57,059 bases of DNA, filler included, from Catajapyx aquilonaris (GCA_000934665.2; 3 parts of 3 records of this genome joined end to end with filler, not necessarily neighbours in it), one strand, 5' to 3'; shown: positions 1 through 16,200, numbered from the whole stretch's first letter. Notes: generated from the letters alone by a model not told the origin. Made by a program: numbers and translations.

Positions 1-67
1 CTGACTCGGTTCTGTTATCATGCCGTGTGGGTTGCTTAGGATAGCCAGGATAAAGCTCGTTTGCGGG
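1..67 (+). CDS. Probable upstream exon fragment of the channel (S4 segment)
   Basis: Frame 2 reads LGSVIMPCGLLRIARIKLVCG, followed by GT at 68. A phase-0 join to the exon at 734 (VLDFF) gives an S4-like LRxxRI..V.DFF pattern. An in-frame TGA at 2-4 lowers confidence. Confidence 0.45.
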
Positions 68-733
68 GTGTATGAAACTATATGTCGTATACTGTACTCT
101 ACTTGGCAGATACTCTTGAGTATTGCCACTTTCATGCAGGAGAGTCTGCAAAATGTACATTGATACAAAATAATGTGGTCTAAATTCTGAAACACAGTAG
201 AAATATCACTGCCTCTACTTAAACAAAGAATACAAGGACATGTGACACATTGCATGAGTAAAGTGGGCAGAGTCATCCGCTTTAATATCTATGGTTGATT
301 GGTTCAGGTGAAAACAAAGAATCCTCACCAATGTATAGAGTTGACCATGGGTTATCCACGGTATGGTTATTTGCAGTTTCGATTGTCTGCTGACGTACCA
401 CTTGTTGACTGTTTCACGTCCTATTGTCACTCAACATTCCTGTGAAATTAACCAATTTTAAAGAAGTAGTCTCAACTATTTTTGATGGAGGCTTTAGAGA
501 TACACATTTGTGTCAAGCTGGGTTTCATGATCAACAGTAAACCCTGAAGAAGTGATTGATCCTTCTTATTGTTTCAAACATTGGCACAGTTATGAATTAC
601 AAGGATGAATCACTAGTTCTGAATTCAATACTTCTCACATGATCAAGAATTAATGTCTGGATGTCACTAGTTAATGTCTTACTTCCCTTGCAATTGTGAC
701 TTGTATGTAATTATTTTCTGTTATTTTCCACAG

Positions 734-1197
734 GTACTTGACTTCTTTGTAAAAGCAGAATCAAGGGTACTTCATGGGGTCCAGTTCCTTAGGAATATCA
801 AGTGTATCATCCTTCTTGTCACAATGGTGCACTTGGTTTCTTGCCTCTTCCATGCAGTTTCATGTTTCTCACAGTGAGTTGAGTTGATTGGTTGGTTTAT
901 GCATATATTTATACAGTATTTTGTCAGCAGTTTGCTTGCTGGACAATTCTGCAAGCATTTCTCTACAGATCATTTGAAATAATTAAGCCATATTAATATG
1001 AACTAGAAAAGAGTGTTCATATGAAAGTCTGGGTGTAATTTATTATTGAATTAACCTTCTGTTCATTTGTTAAATTCATTTTTTCTGTAAAGAATTTCAG
1101 CTGGTTAATTAATGTTTGTGACGGTAACTTTTGTCTCTCCAGAGAACACATTACTGCGCAGCCAGTGGGGCTGAACGATCTATTTAATTTATTATTA

Positions 1198-1250
<53 letters not shown>

Positions 1251-4200
1251 TGTCAGTTGCTCCTCAACTCATTTTTTTGGTTGATAAATCTACATATGAT
1301 TATCATATTCATTTATAATGCAGTAGACTCCCAATATAACAGACTTCAAGGGACAGTGGAAATCAGTCTGCTGTAACTGAGGTCTGTTATAGCCACATGC
1401 ACAGGCCATAATTTATGAGGAAGTATGCTAGGAGCCTAGGACCAGCCTTTCATGTCTTCTATAATCCGGCATCTGTTATAGCCAAGGGTGTTATATCTGG
1501 AGTCAAGTCTATTGTTTTGCTGTCATCTGCTTTGAGACAATGTTATCTAATATTGTGTAATATAATGATTCAGCTGTTCCTGGCCAGTAAATGGAGGAAA
1601 CCTTGTAATTTTAGGGACTGCAGCAAGAATTCTTGGGTGCTTCCAAGTTGCATTAACCAAGGGCAGTATTTTGAGAACCCATATCTCTTAGCCCTCTATT
1701 GGAGCATGCAGGTTGTCACTTTCACCTGCTATGGGGATGTGGTGCCCCAGAACCTTCGTGAACTGGTCTTTGAGGTGCTCCTCACCATTGTCGTGCTTGT
1801 TCTTGCTGTGGGATACTACACTGCCTACATCACCTTGTACCTCATGGCCCAGTACCAGTTCAATGAACAATACATTCAACGTGTCAGGACACTAGTCACC
1901 TATTTGGATTCTCATAAGGTTAGATTAGTTGGTGTTGTCAACTTATTGGTAAATGGAATAATGTGTCTTCACTTGCAAGGTGGATAAAGAAATGAAGCAA
2001 CGTGTGGTTGACTACTATGAGATGCAATGGGTATCACACCTTGGTCTGGCCATGCCGGGAGTGTCCCCTATTGCAGATATGCCACCTACAGAGCGTCATG
2101 AACTTTTGTTACATGGCCCAGGAAAGCCCCTCTTGCAGGTGGAACTGTTCAAGGGCCTTAATAGGAGGGTTTTGCTTGATATTGCTAGCAAAATGAAGAT
2201 GTACTTTCTGCCAGCTGGGGCGCTGGTGACCAATGAGATCCACTACGGGACAGGCATGTATGTGGTTGTCAGGGGAAAATGCACAATATGGACATCCACT
2301 GGACGTCTGGTGTGTGAAAGGCATTCTGGGGATGTGTTGCTGTCACCAGTGGCTGTAATTCAGGAAGGCATGCCACCCCTGGGCTTAAGGACTCTCTGCA
2401 GCACAAATTGTATCTTTTACTACGTCAGCAACTGGAACCTTGGTAAAATCCTTGGGTATGGCACACGTTACGTAGGACCGCATCATGTACCGGTGAGTGT
2501 ATCTGTGTGTATGATATTTTTTTTTGCAGAGAGGGGAGGGGAGGTGTTGAATTCATCTCTGGTGTAAGACTCATTTTATAGGGAAATGTTATGATGGGTT
2601 GTTTGCCTCTTTGTACATCTAAAAAGCATAGAAATGGTCAAATGATTTGCATGATATGAATGGCAGAGCACATCTTCATTACAACTTTGGCAACGTTATT
2701 GGCCATGTTGAGTAGTGCATACATTTGGACACTACCTGCGCATTTAATTTCAATTTCTTAATTTTTTATACATTTAGGAAATTTTGAGTGAATTCATTCT
2801 TGGCATACTGACCTTCAATGAGCCACTCATTTTTACCAGTGAGTGGCAGATATTCTCTGCATGTAAACAAAATACGCAAACTCTCATTAGTGGTACCATG
2901 CACAGTTACACTTTTTAGCAAGTTTTTGTTGCATGTCCCAATAGTTGTGGCCATGATTACCTGTATGCCCAGAATGTTAGAAGAGGTGGAATTTGAAGAC
3001 AGCTTGTCAGTGGGATTGTCAGTGGTTCAGAGCAATAAGAAATCCACTTTGTACTTCTGAGTGTAGATTTCAGATGCAAGCACAGCACTTCGGATTTTCC
3101 AGGAAATGAAAAATAATTGGAGTAGCTGTCGCTTCTTTGGGGTTAAAAGAAGTGAATATGTCAACAGGCCTTAAATTCTGTCTTTTGATAAGCATATTTT
3201 TCGATTGGTCACATTCAGAAACACACCAGAGTCTCTAACATTCAGTCCAGTGGGACTAGTTAAGTCTTTAACAATAAAGAAACCTCTATGCAGGAATACA
3301 GAATTAGCTTAACCCTCTTCAGCTCTAGTTTGAGGCTGAGATGTACTAGTTGGACTGGTGGGAATTTATATTGTGAAGTGACAGCTCCTCTGCAGCCAAC
3401 TAGGGCCCCACGGATCAAATTTATTGCATAAAAAGTAGCCAAAGGTAAAAAAAATGGAAGTGCCAGAATATGCCAAAAAAAATCAATGCACTACTGAATT
3501 TTTTGTTATGAGAGCTCAGAGGTAGAAGGCTGTGAAGTTAACCATTATGCAGGGCATTTTACTGTATTGCCTCACAAAGAGTACCAAGAGTCCAGTATAA
3601 AATGAGGTTGACCAGTGGGTCTGCATACCCAGTGGAGCTGTCTGCCCAGTGTAAAGTGGGATAGAGTTTATTATTTCCTTCTTCCCTTGAAAATTGTATA
3701 TTTTTATGGGAACTTCAATTAATTGTCTGTAACTATATTCAGAAAACTGAATGTCAGGTTAGAATACATGAAGTTTAAATGTGTGCAGTCCACTCCATTT
3801 TTTTCCTCCCCAGAAGGCATGGTTTCAAAATTATGCATGCCTACGTGTAGAGAATGTGGACAAACTCCACTCAACACTGGTATGATGGTATAACCACCAG
3901 GTGTGCATTTTCTAAAATCTAATCACTCCTGATTTTACCATACTGCTGCTCTTTGCAGGGTAATATGGTATTATGCATATGATTTTTCAAGTTGCCATTT
4001 GCAATAATTTTGATACAATGTGCCTAGAAACATGCTTCTGAACATGTCCTTATAAATGAAATGTGAATACTGTGGAATATTCTGAATTTAATTGGTTGAA
4101 TTTCACCCCTTACGGTATATGTGCAGCTTATAATGGATGTGGGCAAGCTAATGGCTGCAATGAATTACAACCCTAAGGAGACCTCTTCTCCAACGCTGAC

Positions 4201-7200
4201 ACGACCTCGTTCAATTGATTTGCATTTAAACATGGAAGAGAGTGGCAGCAAGGATGTTAGCTGGTTCAAGAGACAAGATATTGGCAAGTTGAAGAAGTTT
4301 GCACAAAAAATAATTAGGCCTCACGATACTGTGCAGGATGTGAATATTGTCCCTGAAGCTTGGCCGAAGGATGAAAACTCATCACAGGGTTACATGTCAT
4401 ATTCGCGTAAGGACTCTATTCCAACAGATTCCTGGAGGATGATACCATATTGGATCATTATAAGTGAAGAATTTAATGCAAAGTGGGATTCTTATAAAGT
4501 CATGAAATTTCTCAGGTGAGATATAATGTATGAGTGTAAGATAGGTTATTTCTAGCAGTATTAATGTCATCAATCCTGCATTTAAATCAACTTTTAATGA
4601 AATTATATCAGTCACATTTTATGTTTTATACCGTACCATGAGTCTTAAATCAGTGGTCTATGGACCTGTGTGATGGGGGTTGCCAAAATATTGCCTGGTA
4701 AAATGACTGGGATATGCAATATACTTACTTGTATAATACAGTACGTACATGATCTGTTATGGCTGAAAAGTTATGTGAATGTTCAGATATCTCAATCACT
4801 GGCCAGCGGTGTAACCGATAGACCACCATGCCGCCCTCTTAGCAGCTATTAATCCAAACTCAATATGAAATAAAGGCTGAGAAATGCCTTATTTGTTGCT
4901 GTGCCAGTTTCCACAGGATTGTGAACCAGAATTGCATATGGGTACCATGAAGATATAATGGTCCATGTATGGTGACTTGTTAGTGCAAATTGACTGGACA
5001 TTTAAAAAATGGGAAAAATAACAACGAATTTGAAAATGTTGGCTGAAAGTACTAATCCTCTTAGCAATACGTTAAGTAATATATTGGGATATCAAATAAA
5101 TAAGTACCAATCACTTTCCTTAATTGCATTTGGTTATTTTCCTACCACTTGTACTTAACCTAAATAAGACACAATAACAGAATATTCAAAATGGTATGTT
5201 TGGTATTATTAGGGCTTAATAAATCACGCTATTGTAGCAGACTGGGACACTGAGATGAATTTGCAGTCTTAGTTAGACCCAAACTTCGCAGGCTGTTGCA
5301 CCTCAANNNNNNNNNNNNNNNNNNNNNNNNNNNNNNNNNNNNNNNNNNNNNNNNNNNNNNNNNNNNNNNNNNNNNNNNNNNNNNNNNNNNNNNNNNNNNN
5401 NNNNNNNNNNNNNNNNNNNNNNNNNNNNNNNNNNNNNNNNNNNNNNNNNNNNNNNNNNNNNNNNNNNNNNNNNNNNNNNNCCCCCCCCCCCCCCCCCCCC
5501 CATCGGGGATGTCCCAAGGGAGAGAGAGGAAAATCATATCATCTGTAGTGTAACAGGATATAAAATTAATATCCATATTAAAGTCTAACCCCCTTCCAGT
5601 AGGCCGAGTAGGGGATCTCCGTAAAAATTAGTTCCTTCAAAGCTCAGACAAATGTCAATGGAAAGACTTTCATGTCGGGAGACCAAATGTGCCAGGGGTA
5701 GGAGCACTCTGTACTGTACCAACCTACCCCATGACCTAACTTTCCTTCCCGCTGGATACAAGCCTAGGAAAGCAGGTAAAAGTGTGGGGTCTCCCGAAGT
5801 GAAAGAGTAGCCATGACAACCCTTATACATGTACTACTATCTGTGCTGTCTAATGTGGAATACTCCAGTGCAGGCAGTGCTGTTACTCCCTATGGGGCAT
5901 TGGATAACATTGTTCTTGATTAATTATCTTGTATCACTACACTCTATTTTAAAGATATTTTCCTTGGGGACACCCCCGACAGGGACATTTTTTCCGGGGA
6001 TGTCATATGTCGGGGACGAATTTCAGGGGACAAAATTTCTTGTCACCATAAGTTACTGCACTAGCAGCAGAACCAGTTCTTCGCAAGGCTGGTTTCCATG
6101 GTAACTCCTTTGGGTATAAAATTGGTGTAAGTGGGTATGAAATGGGTATATACCATGGGACCCCCCCCCCCCTCCCCCATCCACCTGTACAAACAAACTT
6201 CGCCTTTTACATAATTATGTAGATATGTAGATATTGTACTATTTTTGCTTTAAAATATTGGGTGTATGCTCTGAGAGTTATTAATTCTTGACTTTCCAGG
6301 TATTTCATGATGGAGAGAGCTCTAAATCCAAGTGGTACTTTCCTGAAATATTGGGAGATCTTCCGCATAATGACCATATTTGTTATGTCACTGGTGCTTC
6401 CTGTATTGGCTATTCACAAACCACATGATATTCTGGAATATGTCATAGCAGTGACCTTTGATCTCACCATCTATGCAGACATGTGAGTTTGTGTTGCTGT
6501 TTTGCTGCTATCCGTAAACTTTTGCTTGCACTGGTAATGCAATGTCCTTACAAACAAATACCACTTCCCGAAACCCATGCTGCTGGGATATACATGGTGT
6601 TCGGAAATGAGATACCAGCATGATACTAAAGTTTGATGACACCTTTCCGAATCGATAAGTTCATGCATTTGGTCTCATGCAACTAATGTACTACATAGGC
6701 TATCAGTGATTTGTCTAAACTTTAAATGCATTGTCCTGTGAGGACTAAAATGTGGACCAATTTTACACATAGTTATGTCTCACTATGACCTATACTGTAT
6801 AATGCAGATCATAATGTTCAGTATTATTCATTTAATACCTAGTGAAAGGCAATAACAAAACACTATGTGTAAAGATCATTTGGAACATGTGAAGCACTGA
6901 TTTTTAATACACCACATGGAAAGTTTTGCTATTTGATAGAATCAATGTCATGTGAATTTCTTGGTAGTTGTTCTGTTAATTGTGAGGTTACTTGTCAAAC
7001 ACAACTTTTTGGACATAGCAGTATATTTGGAAAGACTAACCCTTACTGGCATGCGGGATGCGGCAGGGGGAGTGGTGGCTGGGGACAGCTTGGCTATGTC
7101 GCAAAGGCAGATTGATTTTTTGGATTTTGGAAGGGTATGCTGTACCAACCTAACCTAACCAAGCCTAACCTTCCTTCCTTGCGGATACAGACCTATCTTA

Positions 7201-10200
7201 GCGACACAGCCCGCTGACCCCACCGACTACTACCCTCCCGCCTCCCGCATGCCAGTAAGAGCAAGTACAGCCGTATGTTTATGCATTTTTGTGTAGAAGT
7301 TGCTGTGTCCATTAAAGGGATCATTTACATTTTTGCATAGTCATGAGTAAACTGGGCCTGGTTTCTATATAGCCCATTATGTGTGTTAGTTTTTATTTTA
7401 GGTGTTTGCCGATTATTCTTAGCAGTTTGACTGACCTGCATAACACCTCCATACCTGCAATAACAAATAAATACTTTGCTATAGGTCTATACTGTACAGA
7501 CTGGGCCCAGAATACTTGTGACATTGTATGTTAATGATTCCAAAGGGATACATGCAGATCACAAGTCTATAGGAAGTGTAAGAGTTAACAGTGGCACTTT
7601 TTGAAACAAGGTATATGAAGTTGCATCTGGGATACTTCAATGAAAACAACGTGCTTGTGTATCATCAAGCAATGACCGCACATCGGTACCTGACTAATGC
7701 ATTCCCTATGGATCTCATGTCAGTGCTGCCTATTGAGTGGGCAGCCTGGTATGGCTTTGATCTGGCCAGCAAGAAGCATGGCCCAATGCTGTTCAGAGTC
7801 TGGAGGATGAACCGTATGCTGCAACTGTACAAAACTGGTGGATTTTTTTCACATCTGTCAGAGAATCTGTTCCATGCTGGCCATTTGATAAGGTTCCCCA
7901 GCTACTTAATCTTCTCAGTGATGTTCCTTAATGTGTTAGCTTGTACTGCTTTAGGAGTGGCATGCCCTACATACCTATGGGATGATGAAGTCGTCCGCTG
8001 CTTCAATGACTCCTGGATAGTAAAGGGTGGTGAGCATCACATTTTTATGGCATTATGAAACTGAGTTAGGATGGGGTAGTGCAATACATACAAAATTCAG
8101 ACATAATATAGTTAATAGTTTTAAACCTGGAGCCCTGATTTATTTTTCTAGTGCCCTTTCACCGTAGGGTCTTCAAGGAAAAAGTACAATTTCATTCTTA
8201 TCAAAAGCAGGGTTTTAAAACCTTTCATAAGTTTCATTTAAAAAATAATGTACTGTACACACCCAGGTGGGTAATACTGTAAGAAGCAGTCATCGTAATA
8301 CCTCACCCATGCTAATGTATGAAAGTCAAATGGGGTGATAGCATACTGGTCCATAATATATTGAAGAGTATGTTATTATCCTAAATATTTTCGAGTTTTT
8401 TGGCATGTCACTTTTCTTTTTGCAGGTTGGTGAAAATGGGGGTTTAAAAAGTCAACTTGAAAGCTTTAATGCAAGTTAATTATATATCAAAAATAATTAT
8501 CATCATTTAGACATATCGCATCCCGGCAATAACAGGGGCACAAGTCCAACAATGACGATTTTGACTTACTACTAGAGCAGGGTCCATGACTGCGTGCACA
8601 TTCAGAATGCATGTTCTGATTTTTAAAAATTAATAATTAATAATTCTGATTATTCGAATGCTGCATCAATACCTGATTTATGATAACACTATACCAACAC
8701 TATACAACTTTCAAAGTGCTCTCCTGTGAAATTGACTTTTTGGACTTGTGCCCCTGTTATTGCCGGGGTGCGTTTATGTAGGGATCCAGTAAAAGGAAGA
8801 GAGAGAGAAATATAATACATCTTTTTCAGACCAAAAAATAAATGAAAAACCTCTTTAAAATTTTAAAAAATGGAAGTTTTCCGGTGGAATTCATGACCAT
8901 AAAAATAATCGAAATAAAGCAATATCACTGAACAAAAACTTCACTTTTAAAATTCAAACCTTGAACCATTGGCCAAAATAATTCAGATTTCATTCTGGAC
9001 CAAAATAAAAATGCATTTCTTATTACCCATCAAAAATGTATTTCTCCACTCATAAACAAAACACAGTAACAAATGTATCTTATTATCATATCATTTATTA
9101 TTGAACATTATGATAGATATACTTGCTTTGAGAAGAGAGGATCTCTCAATCTACTGTATAAATGTAGCCTACACATAGCATGGTATAAAATAATGTTATT
9201 TTATACCATGCTATGTGTAGCATGCAATTACAGTCACAAGAACTTGATTAGACAAAAAATATGATTACTCCGGTTTTTGTCAGCATGCTTCTACTTAGGC
9301 TACATGTTAATGCACGCAATGGTCTTTTTTCCTGGCCCTCACTGCATCGTCTCCTTTAGAGGAAAAGGAGACGATGCATAGATAAAAAATGAATTCAAGG
9401 GAATAATCTTCCTTGGACAACATACTGTATAATGAATCACTCATTACCAAACTTGTTACTTCAATATTCCAAAGAAAAATGTATTCATCATGACTTCTGT
9501 TCCAACTCATGTGTTATTTACACTTTGTGACATTTATGAATGAGTAACTAGTATCATCTTGACATGTGATTTTAGGAATTCAGGACTACAACTCAAGCCT
9601 ACATGTATACCTTTACTCCTTATACTGGGCAACTACAAGTGCTGTCACTGTTGGTTATGGAGAATTAATGCCATTCACTACCCAAGAAGCTTTCATGTGC
9701 ATATGCTTCATGTTGAGTGGTAAGTTATGAGAGGATCATGTGACTCAGAACTGGGCTCATTATTTTCATCATGACTTTTTACAACAGGTTTCATGTTTTT
9801 TCACCTGATTATCACCAACATCAAAGCTCATGAGGTTGACCCAGATGCCATTCGATATACCTTTCGCAAACAACTGACCTTTTTGTTGGATTACTTGGTG
9901 CGCAATGGAGTCAGCCCTACGTTAGTCAGGTGAATTTTTCACACTATTTTGTATTTCAATTGGCTAAGGGGTACCGTAGATTAAGTTTTTAAGCACCTGA
10001 CACCCTTAGGTTTCTATAATTGCATATACTGTATGTTGGTAGATGAGGGGTATGAACAAGTAAATGCACTGGGTCAGGGATTACAGTAGGCTACAACCTC
10101 TATACAGGGTGAAGGGAAATTCGCCAGATAAACCTATAGTACTTGCAAAACTAATATAGGGATGTGCAATTAGTTCTTAGCTCCATAGTTAATGCGTATG

Positions 10201-13200
10201 GCGCCCTTAAAGTGTAGAGGGCCAGATGGTGGAATACGAGGCAAAAACAACAACGTGCATGGGTGTCATGCCCGGGTTCTTTCTCTGACGGGATTTTATC
10301 GCTTTTTGCACATGGACAATGTTGTTGGGGAACCAAGGCAAGGGACTGGAGGCCCTCGAACTGACTTTTGCTTAGAAGCTGGCGGAACGGATGTGACATC
10401 ATGAAACTTTGACCACACCTTACGCATTAACTACGCAAAGGAGTTCTAAACTAATTGCACATCCCTTGATTAGTTTCACGAGTACTATCAGTCTACCTGG
10501 CGATTGTCCACGAGTTTCCCTTCACCCTGTATACCGCTCTTCAAGGGACTGACCAAACATAGCGTTATATGAGGGAAATACGATTTAATTCACCCTTTTC
10601 TCAGGTAATGAATGCCTTCACTGTTGCTGTATGTAGGTTGAAGCCTATGAAGTATAAACTAGGCTAACGTGAACTGACCTGCCCACGTACCACATACAGT
10701 ATTTGATGTTATATGCGGAATAAGTGTGTTTCTCTGGGGACCAGGGAAATCGAGCAGTATATGCGGGAAAGCGTTAAAAGCAGGAAGCGAGTATAAGGGG
10801 TCGTGCAAATACCATGTGACCGATGTCGATGTTAGGCCACTTTTTGACAACCCCCCCACCCCCTGGGCCAACCCATTTCACGTGGTATTTTTAAATGTCA
10901 ATGTCAACTAACTTTGCTGGCTAATTGGTGAATTATTAACAGATCTGCCCATAACAGCCTGGAGCATCAGTGGCGTATGACATCTGGAATTGCATTTCGG
11001 GACCTATTCAGCTGCCTGTATCCAATGCTGGAAGAAGATGTTGCACATGCCTGCCTCCGATCAGGGCTTAACAAATTGCCATTTATCAATGAGCTCACTC
11101 TTTCAGAGTTACGCTTTCTTTCAGTAAATGTCAAGGAGTACTTTTATAGAATGGGAGAGGTCATATCACGCAGCAATGATATCCCTCCAGGTCTCACTCT
11201 CATCTGCAAGGGAAAGATTGCTGCCTGTTTCCCAAACAATGGATCTATGGTGCTAGGAGAGGGAGAGTATGTAGGCCACAACATGACCAAGGAACTAAAA
11301 GGGTTATGTACAACTTACTTTGAGTTTGTCCTCTAGCTTTGTTGGTGACTTGTCAGTATGGTCAGCGACATTCAGGTGCACATATGAGACACTCTCAGAG
11401 GTTGAAGTACTATTGTTCCTGATAGAGCATTGGGTTCTCATCCAGAAACATGCCCCAAGAGTGGCCAAGCTGTTTGCTCTATATGTGCCTAAACAAACTT
11501 GGGTATGTACCATATGTATAATCATGCGCCACATAAAATGGTGAAAAATTCAAGGTTCATTGAAATGCAAGTTAACCTGACAACCATAGCAAGCACAGTC
11601 ATGAATATGCCTAGGAAGGACCATTTTTCCATTTTGGTGTATGTGGTTTCTTGTATCACTACCCTTGGAACATTATTTGTTTGACATCAGCAACAGTTGA
11701 TCCAGCTGATATTTTCACAGGGGTGAATGGCGAGCACTCAACCATTCAGGCCCATCCTCCACAAGGTTGATATGCTGCTGGGATGTGGGATGGAGGAGGG
11801 ATTGTGAATAAATGCTTGGCCATGGCGCAATGTTCAGGTCAATCGGTGGGACAGAGGAGTAACCTACTCTTGAATAAACCTTTCACCCAAACCAATCCTT
11901 GCCTTGCTTCATTCATTGGCCTCCATCATCACATTTCACTGAGCTCTTACCTGCCCTTATTGTGGTTGCACATGAAATCGTCAACATAGTAGGTGATATT
12001 GGAATTTCCACTGGCTCTACTGCCTCTCGAATTCAATCAGACTTGGTTCACATATTAATACCTTCATGAATCATGATAATTTTTATTTTCAATATACCTG
12101 TATTTGTAACAATGACCATGTATTGTTGAATAATCCACTTTTTATTGAACATTGTAGTGATTTCACTTTTTAATGTGCTGAGGAGACATACAACATAATT
12201 ATGTGGCTCATTTATTATTGTTAGGTGAATTTATTATAAAGCCCTTTTTGGTAAATTTCAGCTTGGGAAAGGGCTGATTGACTGAAATTAAGGTTTGGCC
12301 CACAAGACCATCTTCTATCAAACTTTTCTCTGTACCCTTAGTGTAGTTTAGTAACCTTCATTTCCCATTTAACATATATTACAAGTACTGTGACTGCATT
12401 AGAGTTATGTTGTGGAAATCACTGAGATTCATATTGTAGTTTAGAGAGTACATGAATGCAATAAAGCCATGCCTCTATGGCCATAACTGAAACTCATTGT
12501 GACCTATAATTTTGGTCCTGCCAAGTGGCCTATTGCATGTGGAAAGATATTTTGGAAATTTACGATACAGTCTGGGCTTCTGATTTGATGTTAGGTAAGT
12601 TTTGAAGGCATGATTAATCCAAATATAAATTTAAAGCAGGATCATCTACAGCAGTAATGTGGTTTAGATGGTTAGCACTCAAAAAGCTCTAACAGCAAAT
12701 TTTGGCATTAACTTTTAATTATTATGAATATTATGGGGAGGCTTTCACCCTTGCACCCTGCACGATGTCTGAAGAAAATTAAGAAAATAGTGATAGAAAA
12801 ATGGTGGTGTTCCACCCCCCTAAATGGGCTTTGTCTCCCAATGGGGTAAGTAAAGTAAAATAAAAATATATTTAAAAAATTATTAATTACCGTAAAATGG
12901 GGCTACTTTGATCCCTGCGGGGCTTCTTTGGTCCAAGCACGTACCAAGTACTTCAAAAATGCATAAGATGGCAGGTAATTATACTAACTACATGTAACAA
13001 GCACAGTCAGAATCACTTAGGGTTGGTGCATCTGTGGTAAAGGTGTCATACATTGAAGTTTGCAAACCATCCTGCAGAGGGCTACTTTCCACTTTGTGCA
13101 CTTTGTCACTTCGGCGTGAGTTTTCAAGAAGTCCATACTGCTAAGACCTGTGCAGCCGCACGTGTAGGTATAAACTTCATTTAGCATGCTAGGATTTGTA

Positions 13201-16200
13201 ATACATTTAGTTGCCATTCCAGGCATATGTAAGTCAAGAAATAATTCTTATCAGGAATTGTGTGGGGGAAAAGAAATCAAAAAAGTTGTAAGTGATGGGG
13301 TACTTTGGTACATAATATTCTTGGATCAAAGAAGCCCCAAGGCTTCTGGTACATTATGGCCATGATAACTGGACTCTCTGGGTACAGTCAGTGAGTTCAA
13401 AACCCCACCCCACCCCACCCCATGGGGCTCCTTTAGTCCTGTACAGTGTTATATAATCTGCACTCCATGAACAATAGTGCAAAAGTGTTGCTAAGATGCT
13501 CAAGAATTGTGCATAATTTTTTAGTGCTCGAAACTGCAATTTTCAAGGGAGATATTAACCAAAATAACCAAAAATTGGTACAAAGTAGCCCCACTTTACA
13601 GTATAGCTGCAATTTACTGAAGAATGTAGTAGGCTGTTTTGTCATGATTTTCATTTTTTGTACCGGTACTGTAATTGATTTCCTGAAACAGACAAAATAG
13701 CCACTTCTTACAGTACCAGTACTTTACGTTATGAATGCCATTCAGCACAAGTGGTAACCTATACAAGAATGGCTAGATACATATTCTATGTTTGGATATG
13801 ATTCAAAAAAACAATTACAGTGATGTAGATAACACAACTGTTATGCAAATTTTTTCTGATTTGTAACAGTCTTTGTTAAAGTCATGACAAGTTGTGTGAT
13901 GCAATGAGATTCTGTGAGTTTGAAATATATATTTCCTTGTAATGACCACATTTTGTATACTAAGATTTTTGTTTTCCCCTTGTTTCTCAGTTGTTATCAC
14001 AGCGGAGAACCACCGTAATGACAGACCTCCCTGATGATGTCAGGTGTTATCTGCATGGCCACCCTCAAGCATTGACCACAAGTGACTCCAGTTCTAACGT
14101 AAACAAAAATCAGTCCTTCAGTGCTATACCATTAGCAATCTTCAACTGGAAAAATCGCCTTATCCGCCATGGAAGCCCTGATGACAGGGATACCCGACGG
14201 ATGTCATTTGCTCATGTCATCAGCAACAAGATGAATGTCTCTTATCTGGTTTTTCATCCAGATTGTCGGCTAGTTCACTCGATGCATGTGATTAATGGTG
14301 CTGGTGCTTTTGTCTCCATCTGGCTAGTTTTCTACCAGGCAGCAATGAATCACTCTTTCGAAACAGCCGCTTACGTACACACTGCTGTTACAATTTTGCA
14401 CTGGCTGCAAATAGCCTTGCACATAACCACAGGCTACAGAGATGAGCACAAGGTTATTGTTTGGGATCGAAGATCAATATGGAATCACTACAGGAACAAC
14501 AAGCTTCAGTTTTACATTGACATCCTGATGGCCACACCCATTGACATCATTTCCATATTTCACGATCACTACTGGCTTCTTTATATCAGGATCATCTACT
14601 GCCTGCGAATTGTAAGCTCTGTCAGCTTGTCATATTGAGGGCCCTAGTTTGAACACTAGAGGTAACTTACTCATGGGCATGTTATTTACTGTTACCGTAA
14701 CATTGTAAGGTGCATGATCATAGTAGTGTCCCATGGGTATTTTATTTCAGGTGTCCATAATAGGGGCCTGAACCAGGTAATATGTCGCCAGTAATGAATT
14801 TGTGAGTTTTTTTGGCGTTATTTTTATAACCTACAAACTGTTTGTTGATTCAATCAGGTTATTGTCCTGATCACTGTGGTGAATACAGTGTGGAATTCAG
14901 TGGTGTGTGGTGAGTAATTTGAAGTCTCTACAATTCAAATAGGCGAACGTTGTAAATTCTTATAAATGTTTTTCGTACCTGATGCGGGATGAATAGCAAC
15001 ATACTGTAGTTAAAAATCGAATTTTTAAATGTTTTAATGGAATGCCATTGTTATTTAAAATTAGATAAGCATTGAAGTTGTGATTATTGAGATTGAGAGA
15101 ATTTTGAATTTCCGAATTCAAAATTTTAACCATGTCCCTGCACTTTTTTTTCTTTCTTTTTTTTTGTCTTAGGCCAATTCCATGCTTGACCTAGAGTCCT
15201 AGACTGTAGAGCCTACAATAGTGGGTAGACTGGTAGGGCACTTTCATGGAATTTTGAATAAAACTACCAAGTTAATAATTTCCACAAATTTTTGACCATC
15301 AAACATTTTTTTAAACCAAATTAAGCTCCTATGAACTTTATTCCATGTTGAAAAGGGTATACATTGAAATACAAGTGTCACTATTGACCCAATCTATGGG
15401 GTGGTCCTCTTTTGCCTCTGTGGATGTGTAGAAGATCATTAGATGAACTTCAAAGATACCAGGACAGTACTTGAACTGATTTGAACCCAATTTTGCCACC
15501 ACCTTACAGTTAGCTGCATACTTTTGGCTCATATACATTGCCTGACCTTTATTCTTGCTGGCAGGAATTTTTCCAACATTACATTTGAAAATATGAAATA
15601 CCACTTATTGCATCTCATCATTCTAAGAATCTCATAATGATTGGTGAGTGTTAACTCAAAAATTCAAAATACTTCAAGCAGGAAATAACATAGTGACATC
15701 CAAGGGGGTAGTCACTCCTCAAAAAAGTGTACACCGGCTCTCCGCGGCTCTCCCCCGGCCCACCAGCAGGCTCATCCATGGTATTATGGGCTCACCGCTG
15801 CATTGGAGAGCCGCAAAGAGCTGCAGAGAGCTTCGGAAAGCCAACTACGTCACAACCTGCGGGATGGATGATAGGACATCAATATGATGTAGTTTTCCCT
15901 CGGCTCTCCGCGGCTCACCAGTGAGGGTGTACACCGGCTCTCCGAAGTGACTACCCCCTTGGTGACATCATTGCCATTTGTTATTGTATTCAATATTTGC
16001 TGCATGTACGTATATTGCACTGAATAACTATGAAAATAAATTTTGTTCCCTTAGGTGTATGTGGACAAAGCGTTTCTGTTGGACCCAGATGACATCAATC
16101 AGAACCTGGTCATTATTCGCATTCGCAAGCTCATCGTGATGCTTCTATTATTCTGCCATTGTGCTGCCTGTTCTCTCTATATTGCCAATTGTGCTTTGGG

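Noticed and set aside
5229..5576. ORFs spanning the N gap
   Set aside because: Artefacts of undetermined bases.
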